Shown here piece by piece: positions 22,377 to 33,996 of a stretch of DNA of 39,253 nucleotides (within the stretch, counting starts at the first letter, position 1; the number at the start of each line of letters is the position of its first letter). The stretch is from assembly GCF_001194135.2 (NCBI RefSeq), contig NC_068985.1:97750596-97789848 (forward strand), read 5' to 3'. The notes beneath the pieces were generated by a model. It worked only from the letters and a program-made list of their open reading frames with translations, ran no database searches and was not told the origin of the DNA. This stretch comes from Octopus bimaculoides (lineage: Eukaryota). Both the position numbers and the translations under genes were made by a program.

Positions 22377-22914
22377 NNNNNNNNNNNNNNNNNNNNNNNN
22401 NNNNNNNNNNNNNNNNNNNNNNNNNNNNNNNNNNNNNNNNNNNNNNNNNNNNNNNNNNNNNNNNNNNNNNNNNNNNNNNNNNNNNNNNNNNNNNNNNNNN
22501 NNNNNNNNNNNNNNNNNNNNNNNNNNNNNNNNNNNNNNNNNNNNNNNNNNNNNNNNNNNNNNNNNNNNNNNNNNNNNNNNNNNNNNNNNNNNNNNNNNNN
22601 NNNNNNNNNNNNNNNNNNNNNNNNNNNNNNNNNNNNNNNNNNNNNNNNNNNNNNNNNNNNNNNNNNNNNNNNNNNNNNNNNNNNNNNNNNNNNNNNNNNN
22701 NNNNNNNNNNNNNNNNNNNNNNNATTTCGAAGGTAATGAAAAATAAAAACATTTACCATATTTTGCAACCGGACCATGGTTTCGAACTTTAATTAAGCAA
22801 ATAAAATAATTTGCTAGGCAAAGTTCTCATCAACGTGGTTTGGATTTGACTGATCCTTCTAGTAAGCTTGGTGTCCTGTCAATGCACCTCTTATGTGTTT
22901 AAATGTACACTAAT

Positions 22915-22947
<33 letters not shown>

Positions 22948-22951
<4 letters not shown>

Positions 22952-23886
22952 AGTCAAAAATTATATGCATTCTTGGTTCTGTAATTTATTCAAACACTTA
23001 CATCATTTTTGGGCATAGTCTTTTCAATTCACTTCTTCCGGTGGTCTACCCAGCCTGCTTATTCCATTGGAGAAGAATGTTTTCGGCTGGTCACGCAGCC
23101 ACTTATGCACCGCTTCCTGCGCTTCTTCGTCAATAACAAATCAACAACCTCGTAAAGGAAGTTTGAGTGGTCTAAAGAGGTGATAGTCGGAAAGGGCGAG
23201 ATCTGGACTCTAGTGATGAATCAATGTCTCATCTGTGATTACTCTCCCTAAAATAACTTCGCATTCATTGTTGAAGTGGTCAAGTAAGCGTTGACAGGTA
23301 TCCACGCGAATGTGCTTCTGAGCTTCCGTATATTCTCTTGGTACCCATCTCGCACAGACTTTATAGAAGCGAGGCTTGTCGTGGGTGATTTCGCATGCAA
23401 AACCATGAATAGCTTGCAGAGAACACGCCACCTCATGGATGGTCACTCACCGGTTTGCCAGAGCCATCTCTCGAGCTTGTCAAATTTTCACGTCAATCGT
23501 GAAAAGGGCCTACTGCTCCCTCTTCGTGCTTCACGCTTGTCCGGCCATTGGTACACTTCTCAATCTTCTTATACATAATTCTCTGCGGTAAAGCACTGTC
23601 CCTGTATTGTATTGAAAACCTGCGATGAATTTAAGCCATCCTTGTGACACACCTTCAGGCCAGAGAAATCGGAGCACTGATTTCTATTCTTCTTGAATGC
23701 ACGTTGCAATCTGAGCAGCCTGGTTTACTCAGTAACACAAAGAAGAAAACTGAAGCGATCAACGTCGAACTTCAATTACGTAAGCACAAAAATATCACCT
23801 GTTATTACGTGAGCAGTGAAATCAGTGCAGTCCACCTAAAGAATGTTTTGGCGAAAGTGCGGGTACTTTTTGACTTTTACTGGCAT
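22948..23886 (-). mobile_element. decayed mariner (Tc1/mariner DD34D) transposon with internal deletion
   Basis: Minus-strand translation gives an N-terminal HTH region (KSVLRFLWPEGVS; IHRRFSIQYRDSALPQRIMYKKIEKCTNGRTSVKHEEGA), KVCARWVPR, ITDETLIHH, SPDLALSDYHLFRPLK and DEEAQEAVHKWLRDQPKTFFSNGI. Degenerate TIR remnants GTAAGTCAAAAATTATATGCA (about 22949) and TGCGGGTACTTTTTGACTT (about 23858). Confidence 0.93.
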
Positions 23887-24004
23887 ATATATATGTGTGT
23901 ATATGTAGGGTGTGTGTGTATGCATGTGTATACACACATACGCACGCATATATATATATGTGTGTGTGTGTGAGTGAGTGTGTCTGTCTGTCTCTTTCTC
24001 TCTT

Positions 24005-24079
<75 letters not shown>

Positions 24080-24439
24080 NNNNNNNNNNNNNNNNNNNNN
24101 NNNNNNNNNNNNNNNNNNNNNNNNNNNNNNNNNNNNNNNNNNNNNNNNNNNNNNNNNNNNNNNNNNNNNNNNNNNNNNNNNNNNNNNNNNNNNNNNNNNN
24201 NNNNNNNNNNNNNNNNNNNNNNNNNNNNNNNNNNNNNNNNNNNNNNNNNNNNNNNNNNNNNNNNNNNNNNNNNNNNNNNNNNNNNNNNNNNNNNNNNNNN
24301 NNNNNNNNNNNNNNNNNNNNNNNNNNNNNNNNNNNNNNNNNNNNNNNNNNNNNNNNNNNNNNNNNNNNNNNNNNNNNNNNNNNNNNNNNNNNNNNNNNNN
24401 NNNNNNNNNNNNNNNNNNNNNNNNNNNNNNNNNNNNNNN

Positions 24440-24476
<37 letters not shown>

Positions 24477-24568
24477 TATTATATATACATACATGCATAA
24501 ATATATATGTATACGTATATGTATATATGCATATGTGAGTGTGTGTGTGTAAGTATGTATAAATGCAG

Positions 24569-24605
<37 letters not shown>
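23885..24605. repeat. compound (TG)/(CT)/(TA)/(CTAT) microsatellites around an N gap
   Basis: Directly visible. Confidence 0.95.
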
Positions 24606-24649
24606 ACTATCATATGTGTCATCGCGCCAGATGTTATGTCTTCTGTTAC

Positions 24650-24710
24650 CGAGCCTCTGAATAATCAGTACAAACGTGGAAGTAGTGAGTGCAATATAGA
24701 AATAGCGTTT
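24650..24710 (-). CDS. candidate 61-nt exon, unidentified
   Basis: CCTGACCTCTCTTTATCAG acceptor (branch-like CTGAC) and TCG/GTAACA donor. Two open frames: (E)TLFLYCTHYFHVCTDYSEA(R), phase 1 to 2, or KRYFYIALTTSTFVLIIQRL(G). Confidence 0.25.
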
Positions 24711-24908
24711 CTGATAAAGAGAGGTCAGGTGTCATAGCCAGGCCCATGAAGTCATTAATGTCATTGTGCGTCTTCCAAGCAACACGAATTGTAAAATGTA
24801 ATGTCTTGATAAAATGAGTCTTCTTAAATGTGTATATGTGTGAATATACGCATTCATACATACACAAACATAACTCCGTGCACGTGAATGAATTAGTGTG
24901 TGTGTGAA

Positions 24909-24978
24909 TGCCGTGGCTTAGTGGTTACAATATTGGGCTCTTGATCATAAGGTCGTGTTTCGATCCCTCAACCGGATA
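24909..24978 (+). mobile_element. SINE family A/A' head only
   Basis: GCCGTGGCTTAGTGGTTAC...GATCATAAGGTCGTGTTTCGATCCC. Confidence 0.7.
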
Positions 24979-25530
24979 AGTACTAGCGTAAACCTTTTCT
25001 GTGTCCTGCTGGGTTAAGAATGGGAGTGCTGAGAAGGTGTCTATGTCGTACCTTATCGTGACAAAAACGAGCACCTAAAACAGTTATTGAAAGTATGGCA
25101 CAAGCTGTTAGGTCATGCTCGCTGGCGAGTGAATGCTTAAAGACACGTAAGTCGAACAGAAATGTATTTATTCAATGAAGCCAGTTTTCATCCGGCCGTT
25201 CTTCATACGCGCGCACGCGCGCGCACGCACTCACACACTCGACGACGACGACGACGACGAGTGCACCACAGTTTTTAGTCTTTTCCATTCAAAGCTTTGG
25301 TCATCCCGAAACTATAACAAAGACATTTATTCACTGTGTCTTGAAAAGGGACCCAATTCGGAATCACGAATTTGCGAAACGAACTCATTAATCACACACA
25401 TGCATACACACTTCCACACACATGCACACATACTTCGACACATTCTACACACTAACACACACATATAGTCTTACAATCATACATACAAACACATACGTAT
25501 ATATTTTAAAACATAAACTTCCTACTTTAC

Positions 25531-25665
25531 CAGAAGCGAACAAATTCGTACCAACATATGGACAATTAAGGGGATTTTCACCGTTTATCAGATTCAGAAA
25601 TTTAAGCACAAAATACTCTAAGCCCTTGTTATCACAAACAGTGGGTTCTTGGATTAAGATGGCCC
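25531..25665 (-). CDS. candidate 135-nt exon (GAILIQEPTVCDNKGLEYFVLKFLNLINGENPLNCPYVGTNLFAS), unidentified
   Basis: TTCATTCCATTCTCTAG acceptor and CTG/GTAAAG donor. Only one of the three frames is open (phase 1 to 1). Confidence 0.35.
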
Positions 25666-25807
25666 CTAGAGAATGGAATGAACACTATCGCAAATAATAT
25701 CAATATATTTGAATTATTTGAAATTATATACACACATTCACCCAAGCATACACACAGAAACATTCGTATAAAGATTACACTAGTAAGTTATAAGCTCGAT
25801 CTTCTCA

Positions 25808-26130
25808 CTGGCATTCCGTCGGTTACGACGATATAAATTCCAGTTGATTGGATCAACAGAACAGCCTGCTCGTGAAATTAACTTTCAAGTGGCTGAGCAC
25901 TCCACAGACACGCCTACCCTTAACGTAGTCCTCTGGGAGAGTCAGCATTTCACAGAGTGTGATAAGGCCGGACCCTTAATTCATAGGTAAACTCATTTTT
26001 TTGTTAACCGAGTAGACTGGATCAACGTGAAATAAAGTGTCATGCTGATGGACACAACGCGCCGCCAGGAATCGAACTCAGGACGTTACGACTGCGTATC
26101 GAATATCCCAACCGCTAAGCCATGCCCTCC
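25808..26130 (-). mobile_element. SINE family A, near full length, diverged
   Basis: Colinear with 3325-3655 on the opposite strand. Confidence 0.88.
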
Positions 26131-26175
26131 TTCACTCAATCTTCTTACAGTCTCATACTCTGAACCTGCATAAAA

Positions 26176-26619
26176 ATTCTTTTCTACTCTAGGCACAAGG
26201 CCCGAAATTTTTTGGGAAGTGGGACCTGTCGATTAGATCGAACCCAGTACGCAATTGGGACTCACGAGGGGTGTATGAAAAGTTTTGAGCCTTCAAGCCT
26301 TGAACTTTCATCAGAGGTCTTGTACCATGGTTTCTTTTTTTTCTTTTTTTTTTTTGAGGTTCAAGACTTTTCATACACCCCTCGTAATTTATCGACCCTG
26401 AAAGGATGAAAGGCAAAGTCGACCTCGGTGGAATTTAGGGGACACAAACAAAGACAGAGAAACGGATTAAGTCGATTACATCGACCCCAGTGCGACCCCG
26501 AAAGGTTGAAAAGCAAAGTCGACTTCGGCGGAATTTGAACTCAGAATGTAACGGCACACGAAATATCACTAAACATTTCACCCGGCGTACTTAACGTTTA
26601 TGCCAGCTCACTGCCTTTA
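26176..26619 (-). mobile_element. SINE C dimer (C1 then truncated C2) with deletions and a nested MITE
   Basis: Two central domains in tandem; C1 tail at about 26438-26495 and C2 tail at 26176-26262. CTGCATAAA flanks the whole unit at 26166-26174 and 26623-26631. Confidence 0.88.
26265..26384. mobile_element. 120-bp mariner-type MITE
   Basis: 28-bp TIRs CGAGGGGTGTATGAAAAGT(T/C)TTGA(G/A)CCT, 26/28 identical. Flanks are CA (left) and TA (right), at the TA of the SINE C motif GGTACTTAATTTATCGACC. Confidence 0.92.
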
Positions 26620-26939
26620 CATCTGCATAAAGATTATGTCACAAATACAAGTGATTCTGGAATACTCAATTACTGACCACACGCAGTTACAATGAATATA
26701 TTACTCCTCTTGATTCAACATTGATAACAGTTATTGCTGAGCGTGACAGAATATGGATTTACGATATTTGTGTGTGTTTTGAGAATGTACTCTTCTCATA
26801 GCTGGAACTTCTTTGATGATAAGTCTGCTCATTCAGAGTCGTTTGAAGTTCAACACCAGGAACAACAGCAAGAACTACGAAACTAAATCTATAGCGAACG
26901 AGTTTAAAAGCAATCGACTGCTAAAGAAAACACTCTGTA

Positions 26940-27745
26940 GTTTAACACAGAATACGTAGATACACAAACAAAAGCAACACACGCATTCACAAACACGCAG
27001 ATGCATACATATGTGCACACAGAAGCACATATATATTCTCACACAAAAAATGGTTAAATACAAAAACAGCATACGCACCAATAAAACAAACAATACACTA
27101 CACATCGATTCATGAAAAAAAAAACACACATAAAACCCAAACAATACACAATCAACACGTACATACACACACACTCGCATAAAGACCCAAACAATATGCA
27201 ATCAACACACATACACACACACACAGAGACACAAATAAACAAAACAATTTACACAAACAATGCGCAGAAAACATACACACCTAGATTCGCACACGAATAT
27301 ATATATGGATACAAATAGAAACAAACAGCTTGAACAAATATCTTCTACAATCGAGTCTTACGTATAAATACTTTGCGAGTGATGACCAATATTTGTGAAA
27401 GAAGTCAGTCAAGAAAGAGCTTTTTTTTTCTGGAATGGAATAGAAAAACACACACATAGATTCACACGCCAGCAATTCATATAAACACAAGCACAAAGAA
27501 AACATTAATTCATATTGAAACAAAATATAGACACCCAGACAATATACTAACAACAGCCTCGCGTATACACGCTCACAAAAGAATAGGCCTCCACACAAAC
27601 ATAAAAAGATATGCACACACACACACACTAACATAAACAATGCGCATACGCACAGATTCATATACAAATACAGTAGTACCTCGGTTTTCGAACGACTCTG
27701 ATGGCGAATAAATCGTGCTTTATACACACACACACACACACACAC
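26940..27745. repeat. degenerate CA/AC-rich low-complexity region
   Basis: Directly visible; source of the C/V-rich pseudo-ORFs. Confidence 0.85.
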
Positions 27746-27934
27746 ATTATTTTCTACTCTAGGCTCAAAGCTCGAAATTTCTGGGGAGGAAGCCAGTCGA
27801 TTAGATCGACCCAGTACGCAACTGGTATTTAATTTATTGACCCCGAAAGGATGAAAGGCAAAGTCGACCTCGGCGGAATTTGAACTCAGAACGTAAAGGC
27901 AGACGAAATATCGCAAAGCATTGCGCTGCCTTTA
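27746..27934 (-). mobile_element. SINE family C (C2 tail), head internally deleted
   Basis: Colinear with 17478-17666. Confidence 0.9.
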
Positions 27935-27937
27935 TAT

Positions 27938-28248
27938 TGGTGGCTTGGGGGTATTCGGCTCACGGTCGTAAGATCATGAGTTCGATTCCTGGTGACGTGT
28001 TGTGTTCTTGAACAAGGCACTTTATTTCACGTTCCGCCAAAATGAATCGTGCCTGGCAAAAATGAGTTGTGCCTGTGATTCAAAGAACAGCCTTGTCACA
28101 TTCTGTGTCACGCTGAATGTCCCTGAGAACTATGTTAAGGGTACGCGTGTCTGTAGAGAGGTGAATCACTTGCACGTTAATTTCACGAGCAAGCTGTTCC
28201 GTTGATCGGATCAACTGGAACCCTCTTCGTCGTAACCGACGGTGTACC
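27938..28248 (+). mobile_element. SINE family A
   Basis: B box GAGTTCGATTCC, CORE-like TTGTGTTCTTGAACAAGGCACTTTATTTCAC, and the shared tail. Confidence 0.88.
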
Positions 28249-28469
28249 AGCTTTTTTCTTCAACTTTCCTATTAGCAACTATTACTCTTTACCTCTTCTC
28301 CATGGCAGTGAGAAGTTGCTACAGGAATGACATATAAAGCTGAGCTGGACAGTGAAACACACACACACAGACACACACACAGACACACACATTATCTAGC
28401 AATGTATTGGTCAATCTATATACGTACAATCATACATAGATTCGTACACACTTTCAAATAAGTAACAGT

Positions 28470-28622
28470 TTCTGCAAAGTCTCTTTCTGCCTGGCATCTT
28501 TCACTCACAAATTATTCAAACAGAAGTTACAACAGAAGACACTTGTCTAAGATGACACACAGAGAAACTTACCCGGGAGAACGTAGTTAGGAGGTGAATT
28601 TGTAATCACACGGTCATGCCCT
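28470..28622 (-). mobile_element. very degenerate SINE family B 5' half
   Basis: CACTCACAA...CAGAAGACACTTGTCTAAGATG...CACACGGTCATGCCCTTA. Confidence 0.45.
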
Positions 28623-29407
28623 TAGTAGCATTGAGAAAACACTATCTGTGTCATGGTCAAATGTGTATTATAATTATACTGTGCATCTCTCATAAGTTTT
28701 AATGCACAACAGTCTTCTATTTGAAGCCTGCACTGGATTACACCGAGAAATATTTACATGATATGAAACACTTCGTTTATCTGATATCAAAACGAATGTG
28801 AATGACGCTTGTTTTGCACGAACCAATCTGATGAGATCTTTAGTAATTTGGAGATGTTAACCAAAGTATGGTGCAGTTATTGCGTGTGTAACTTTATCGG
28901 AAGCTTTACGTAAACTATTTAAAATTATAACATTGTGGTCTTTTCTCGTATGTTGTAAGTGATGTAATGCGTTACTTACAGGCAAACAAAATAATTTACA
29001 TTAAGTAGAACAAATGGTATAATTTCTTATCACAAAATACATCTTATAAAGATAAGATAGAAACAGTAAACTTTTTTTAATATAAGGGGGTTAAGTTGAG
29101 GTCAAAGGAAGAAATTTTGGTTAGGTAGGCACACACAAAAAAAAAAAAAATGGAAAAAAATACGTTAGTTCAAATAATTCCTCAAACGATAAAAAGAAAT
29201 TATCGTGCAAGACATACAGCAAGGAATGAAATAGTTATGTTAGCACAAAGGATAGGATGGGGAAAGATATTAGCTTTATCGGCCGTATTACTGAAGTTTT
29301 AGAAAAAGCATTGCAACAAATTTCTGTATTGAGATGCATATTGACCACTTTCATGCATAATTATAAAACAATTATACAATAAAAAAAAACATAAATATAT
29401 ATAAAAA

Positions 29408-29445
<38 letters not shown>

Positions 29446-30496
29446 NNNNNNNNNNNNNNNNNNNNNNNNNNNNNNNNNNNNNNNNNNNNNNNNNNNNNNN
29501 NNNNNNNNNNNNNNNNNNNNNNNNNNNNNNNNNNNNNNNNNNNNNNNNNNNNNNNNNNNNNNNNNNNNNNNNNNNNNNNNNNNNNNNNNNNNNNNNNNNN
29601 NNNNNNNNNNNNNNNNNNNNNNNNNNNNNNNNNNNNNNNNNNNNNNNNNNNNNNNNNNNNNNNNNNNNNNNNNNNNNNNNNNNNNNNNNNNNNNNNNNNN
29701 NNNNNNNNNNNNNNNNNNNNNNNNNNNNNNNNNNNNNNNNNNNNNNNNNNNNNNNNNNNNNNNNNNNNNNNNNNNNNNNNNNNNNNNNNNNNNNNNNNNN
29801 NNNNNNNNNNNNNNNNNNNNNNNNNNNNNNNNNNNNNNNNNNNNNNNNNNNNNNNNNNNNNNNNNNNNNNNNNNNNNNNNNNNNNNNNNNNNNNNNNNNN
29901 NNNNNNNNNNNNNNNNNNNNNNNNNNNNNNNNNNNNNNNNNNNNNNNNNNNNNNNNNNNNNNNNNNNNNNNNNNNNNNNNNNNNNNNNNNNNNNNNNNNN
30001 NNNNNNNNNNNNNNNNNNNNNNNNNNNNNNNNNNNNNNNNNNNNNNNNNNNNNNNNNNNNNNNNNNNNNNNNNNNNNNNNNNNNNNNNNNNNNNNNNNNN
30101 NNNNNNNNNNNNNNNNNNNNNNNNNNNNNNNNNNNNNNNNNNNNNNNNNNNNNNNNNNNNNNNNNNNNNNNNNNNNNNNNNNNNNNNNNNNTATATATAT
30201 ATATATATGGCTATATCTATATCTGTACACACACACACGCACACACATATACGTGTGTATTTATATGTATGTATGAATGTATGTTACACACAAATGTATA
30301 TATACTTATATGAATATATATCAGCGTCTATGTGTACATATATGTATGTATACATGCATATGCTCATATATCATTTGTATTAATATATATATATATTTAT
30401 ATATATATTGTATAAATATTTCTTTATTACGTATAATGTAGATGTATATGTGTATGTATAAATGTCTCTCACCTCTCTCTCTCACACACTATATAT

Positions 30497-30594
<98 letters not shown>

Positions 30595-31388
30595 AGAGTG
30601 TGTGACAGAGATTGTTACTCCTTTTCATGTGCGTATGTTTGTAACATGTGTGTAATGCATCTATTTATAGAAATTTTATGCAATACCCATGAAGAAACTT
30701 CACTAATATGGCAAATAAAACTCGTATCTTTTGTCATCCTATCCTTTGTTTTAACTATTTCATTGCGTAGGAGTATGACTTGTTCTTTTTCTTAGAGAGT
30801 CTTTTTGTTAAATTTTTGCTTTTTCTTGCCTTCTCTTCTTTCCTTATGGGTATGCCGAACCAAAATTCCCCCCTTCACATTAACCCAATCGTTTGCTTTT
30901 TATAATTTTTTTGTCCAATGTTTTTGTTTCAAGAATGAATGAACATCATTAATATGACGTGTATTTTGTGACGAGAAATGACATCACTGTTCTGGTTGGC
31001 GTAAACCTTTCTGAATTTACTGATTGGCTGAAAAAAGTATATCATTACATCATTTACAGCATGAGAAGAGACCAGAATGCTGTGTGTTTAAAATAGTTTA
31101 TGACCAGCTTCTGATAAAGTTACATACGTAGTTACTGCATCACACTGTGGCCAATATCGTTAGATCTCTAAAGACCTCACCAGATTGGTTGATGGAAAAC
31201 AAGCGTCATTCACACGACATTTCATATCAGATAAATGAGGCGTTTCATATCACGTAAATGTTTCTGTGTAATCCAGTGCAGCTTTTAAACTGAGGAAAGT
31301 TGTGTTTAAAAATTACGTAAGATACACTGTTTCGTTGGAACACACATTTGCTTTGTCACAGCTAATATTTTCGTAAATGTTACTGGGG
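28619..31388. repeat. large old inverted repeat: arms about 28619-29340 and about 30655-31388 around a microsatellite/gap core
   Basis: Colinear reverse-complement blocks along the full arms, e.g. CAAAACAAGCGTCATTCACA, GTAACTTTATC(G/A)GAAGCT, TCACAAAATACA, AATGAAATAGTTA, ACAAAGGATAGGATG. Confidence 0.88.
29446..30191. other. largest of the assembly gaps (N runs)
   Basis: N run. Almost every gap in the window abuts a microsatellite, so distances across gaps are estimates. Confidence 1.
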
Positions 31389-31904
31389 TCGTAGTAGAGT
31401 AACAAGAAAAACATCATCAGTTCGTGACCCAGTGATTCCAGGATTAATCAGACAGCTGGTAACCCTCAGAAAATGAAAAAGCTACTGTTATGTCAAGTTG
31501 AAAATTTTGTGGGTGGAATTCAGATGGCAGAAAGANNNNNNNNNNATATATATATATATAATATACATATATATATTTACACACACATTTATATGTATAT
31601 ATATGTATATAAGTATATGTGTATGTGCATGTGTCTGAATATGGAAGTATTCATGCTTGTATAAATGTGTGTGCGTATATGTGTATAATTATATAATACG
31701 TATATATATACTTAAAAAATTGTGAAGATCTCTTTACATGAAACTATCGGTTGCCTTGTTAACTCACAAATAAACATGCACACACTCACACACACACACG
31801 CACACACGCGCGGACACAAACACATACACGATGCACTTGCACGACGATTTCGACATATAAACCGCTAACTGTTCGACGAATAAGACAATCTTATTGAACC
31901 AACA

Positions 31905-32615
31905 TACAAAGTGGCTGAGTATCTCAGATACACGCGTATACTTGACTATACTTTTTAAAACTAATTTACATATGTTCGACCCTGTTTAAACTATTTTTAT
32001 AAGTATTACTGTTTGACTTATCACTTATAAATTTTTTTACAATTGTGAAGGTTCGTCAAGCAATGATTTTCACTTACTTTTGAATTAATCAATTTTAAGG
32101 ACACGTTTCTGGAACATTATTAAAAATTTAATTGCATTAATTAGAGTTTAATGAAGTCAAATATAAAAGCGACAAATAAAGCGTTGATTGTTTGCTTCAT
32201 TCGCCACAATAGTTTTATATATTTTATCTCTTATAAATAATCGTTTATTCAAGATTTTGTGGCAAAGTGAAACAAAATGAAAATGTATCTCAACCATAAG
32301 AGATAAAATATATGAAATTATTGTGGTGAATCAAGCGAAGAATGGAAGCTTTATTTGTTGTTTTTTTTTTATATCTGAATTCATTATCTCTAGCTAATGT
32401 GATTAAATTTTTGATAATCCTCCCGACCCTTGTCACTAAAAGTGACGGATTCAAAGTAAGTGAAAATTATTTCCTGACGAGCCTTCGCTTACTGAAGAGT
32501 TTCTAAGAGAAATAGGAAATCTTCACAAGTGATAAGTTAAACGATAACAGTTAAAATATTGTTTAAACAGAGTAGAACATATACACGTGTATCTGAGATA
32601 CCCAGCCACTTTGTA
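31905..32615. repeat. 710-bp fold-back element (arms about 325 bp, loop about 60 bp)
   Basis: Terminal 36 bp are 34/36 inverted-identical (31905-31940 / 32580-32615). Inner 41 bp are 37/41 (32194-32234 / 32296-32336). The intervening blocks are also colinear. Confidence 0.92.
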
Positions 32616-33354
32616 CGTTAGTCCATGAAACTGGTAAGATTAAACCTATTTGTACAGAAGGAGTATAAACTACTGTAATTAACATTCAGCATAAAAGGAA
32701 CAACATCCAGAATAATTTGTTCACATCAAATAGATGCTTAATTTTGTGCTACAAAGCGACAATATTTTAAACAAATGTTGGGAATTGTATGATGGAATGA
32801 ACTGAAATTGCTAATATTTTGCATATGCGATTAACCGACCAGTTTCACATACACTTGATGCTAACCGGTTCGGGGTTTTAAAAAGTTATGCAGTTAGCCG
32901 GCTTATGTATTTATCCAGTATCCAATTATGCAGAAGCAACTGTATTAAACACATGACCGTCTCTCACTTTTGTGGATTTCATTGAACATTTTCATATTTC
33001 TTTATTAAGCTTAAATATTTTGCTTGGTGCCATAAAATTAGTAGATCTGCACACGTTGTAGATGTTACTGTTCTTCTAAACAGAAAGCAACAATACAATT
33101 AATAATTGTCAAAAGGCATTCTACACATTCTTCTGTGACATTAAAATCTTTTCTATTAAGCGTAGATGTCAAATGAATTGCTCTTTAATTTTGCTATACT
33201 TGTAATCAGACGCGAACGTAAGGAGAGACTATTTTGAATTAAAGATACTCTTACTATTTTGCCTTAATTTGCAGATATATTCTGAAAGTCCAGCAGAAAA
33301 TTTTACTGCTTAGGTTGACTAACGAATGCGGGTGTGAGTAAAACCTGGACTTAA

Positions 33355-33732
33355 ATTTAATTACCTCCGCCTTAGTGAAGGCGGAGGTATTATGTTCTGT
33401 CGTGTTTGTTTGTTTGTTTGTTTGTCCGTGGACAAGATATCTCAAGAACCGCTCGATCGATTCGGATGAAACTTTCAAAGATGTTTGGCCTCATGACTGG
33501 CACAAACTGATTAGATTTTGTGACCGATCCGGTACCGGACAAGGATTCTGGATTATTTTTCCTGTATTTTTACCTAATTTTTGAGAGCGGTCAGGTTCAT
33601 TTTTAGTATTCTCGTTTGTGAGAGCAGTCGAGCTTATTTGATATTCTCATTTTAAAAATCATCTCCGGCTAATCGTTGAGAGGACGTTGGTGTTGCCTTG
33701 GCGGATGTTTGTGTTCTCTGAGCGCTCTTATT
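33355..33732 (+). mobile_element. non-autonomous Helentron-associated element (HINE / DINE-1-like)
   Basis: T-rich flanks, 5' perfect hairpin TACCTCCGCC-8nt-GGCGGAGGTA (33362-33389), (GTTT)n, central GATCCGGTACCGG, 3' subterminal inverted copy CCTTGGCGGATGT (33696-33708), and terminal TCTCTGAGCGCTCTT. Confidence 0.82.
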
Positions 33733-33996
33733 TATTTTTTTTCAATTAACCCAATATAAAATTTCTGCTACATGCATTCATTCAATTCTACCTTTATATA
33801 CAGTACAAAGGAACTGATAAACTATTTCCGATCACACGAGTTTTTACTTGAATTCCTATAATTACGCTACTCTCGACTTTGATGCCACAATTATTTGACA
33901 AGGTTTGCAATAATTGATTTATTAGAGCTACTGAAATTTTTGCAAAAAGAGTAAAAAATTTTATAAGAATTTCTGTATGGATCCTACAATTATACT

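Noticed and set aside
24631-25640. Alternative plus-strand exon pair (24631-24684 with GTGAGT donor; 25534-25640)
   Set aside because: It is phase-compatible too, which shows how easily such chains arise. I prefer the minus-strand model only because of stronger acceptors and the 46-bp shared frame; not excluded.
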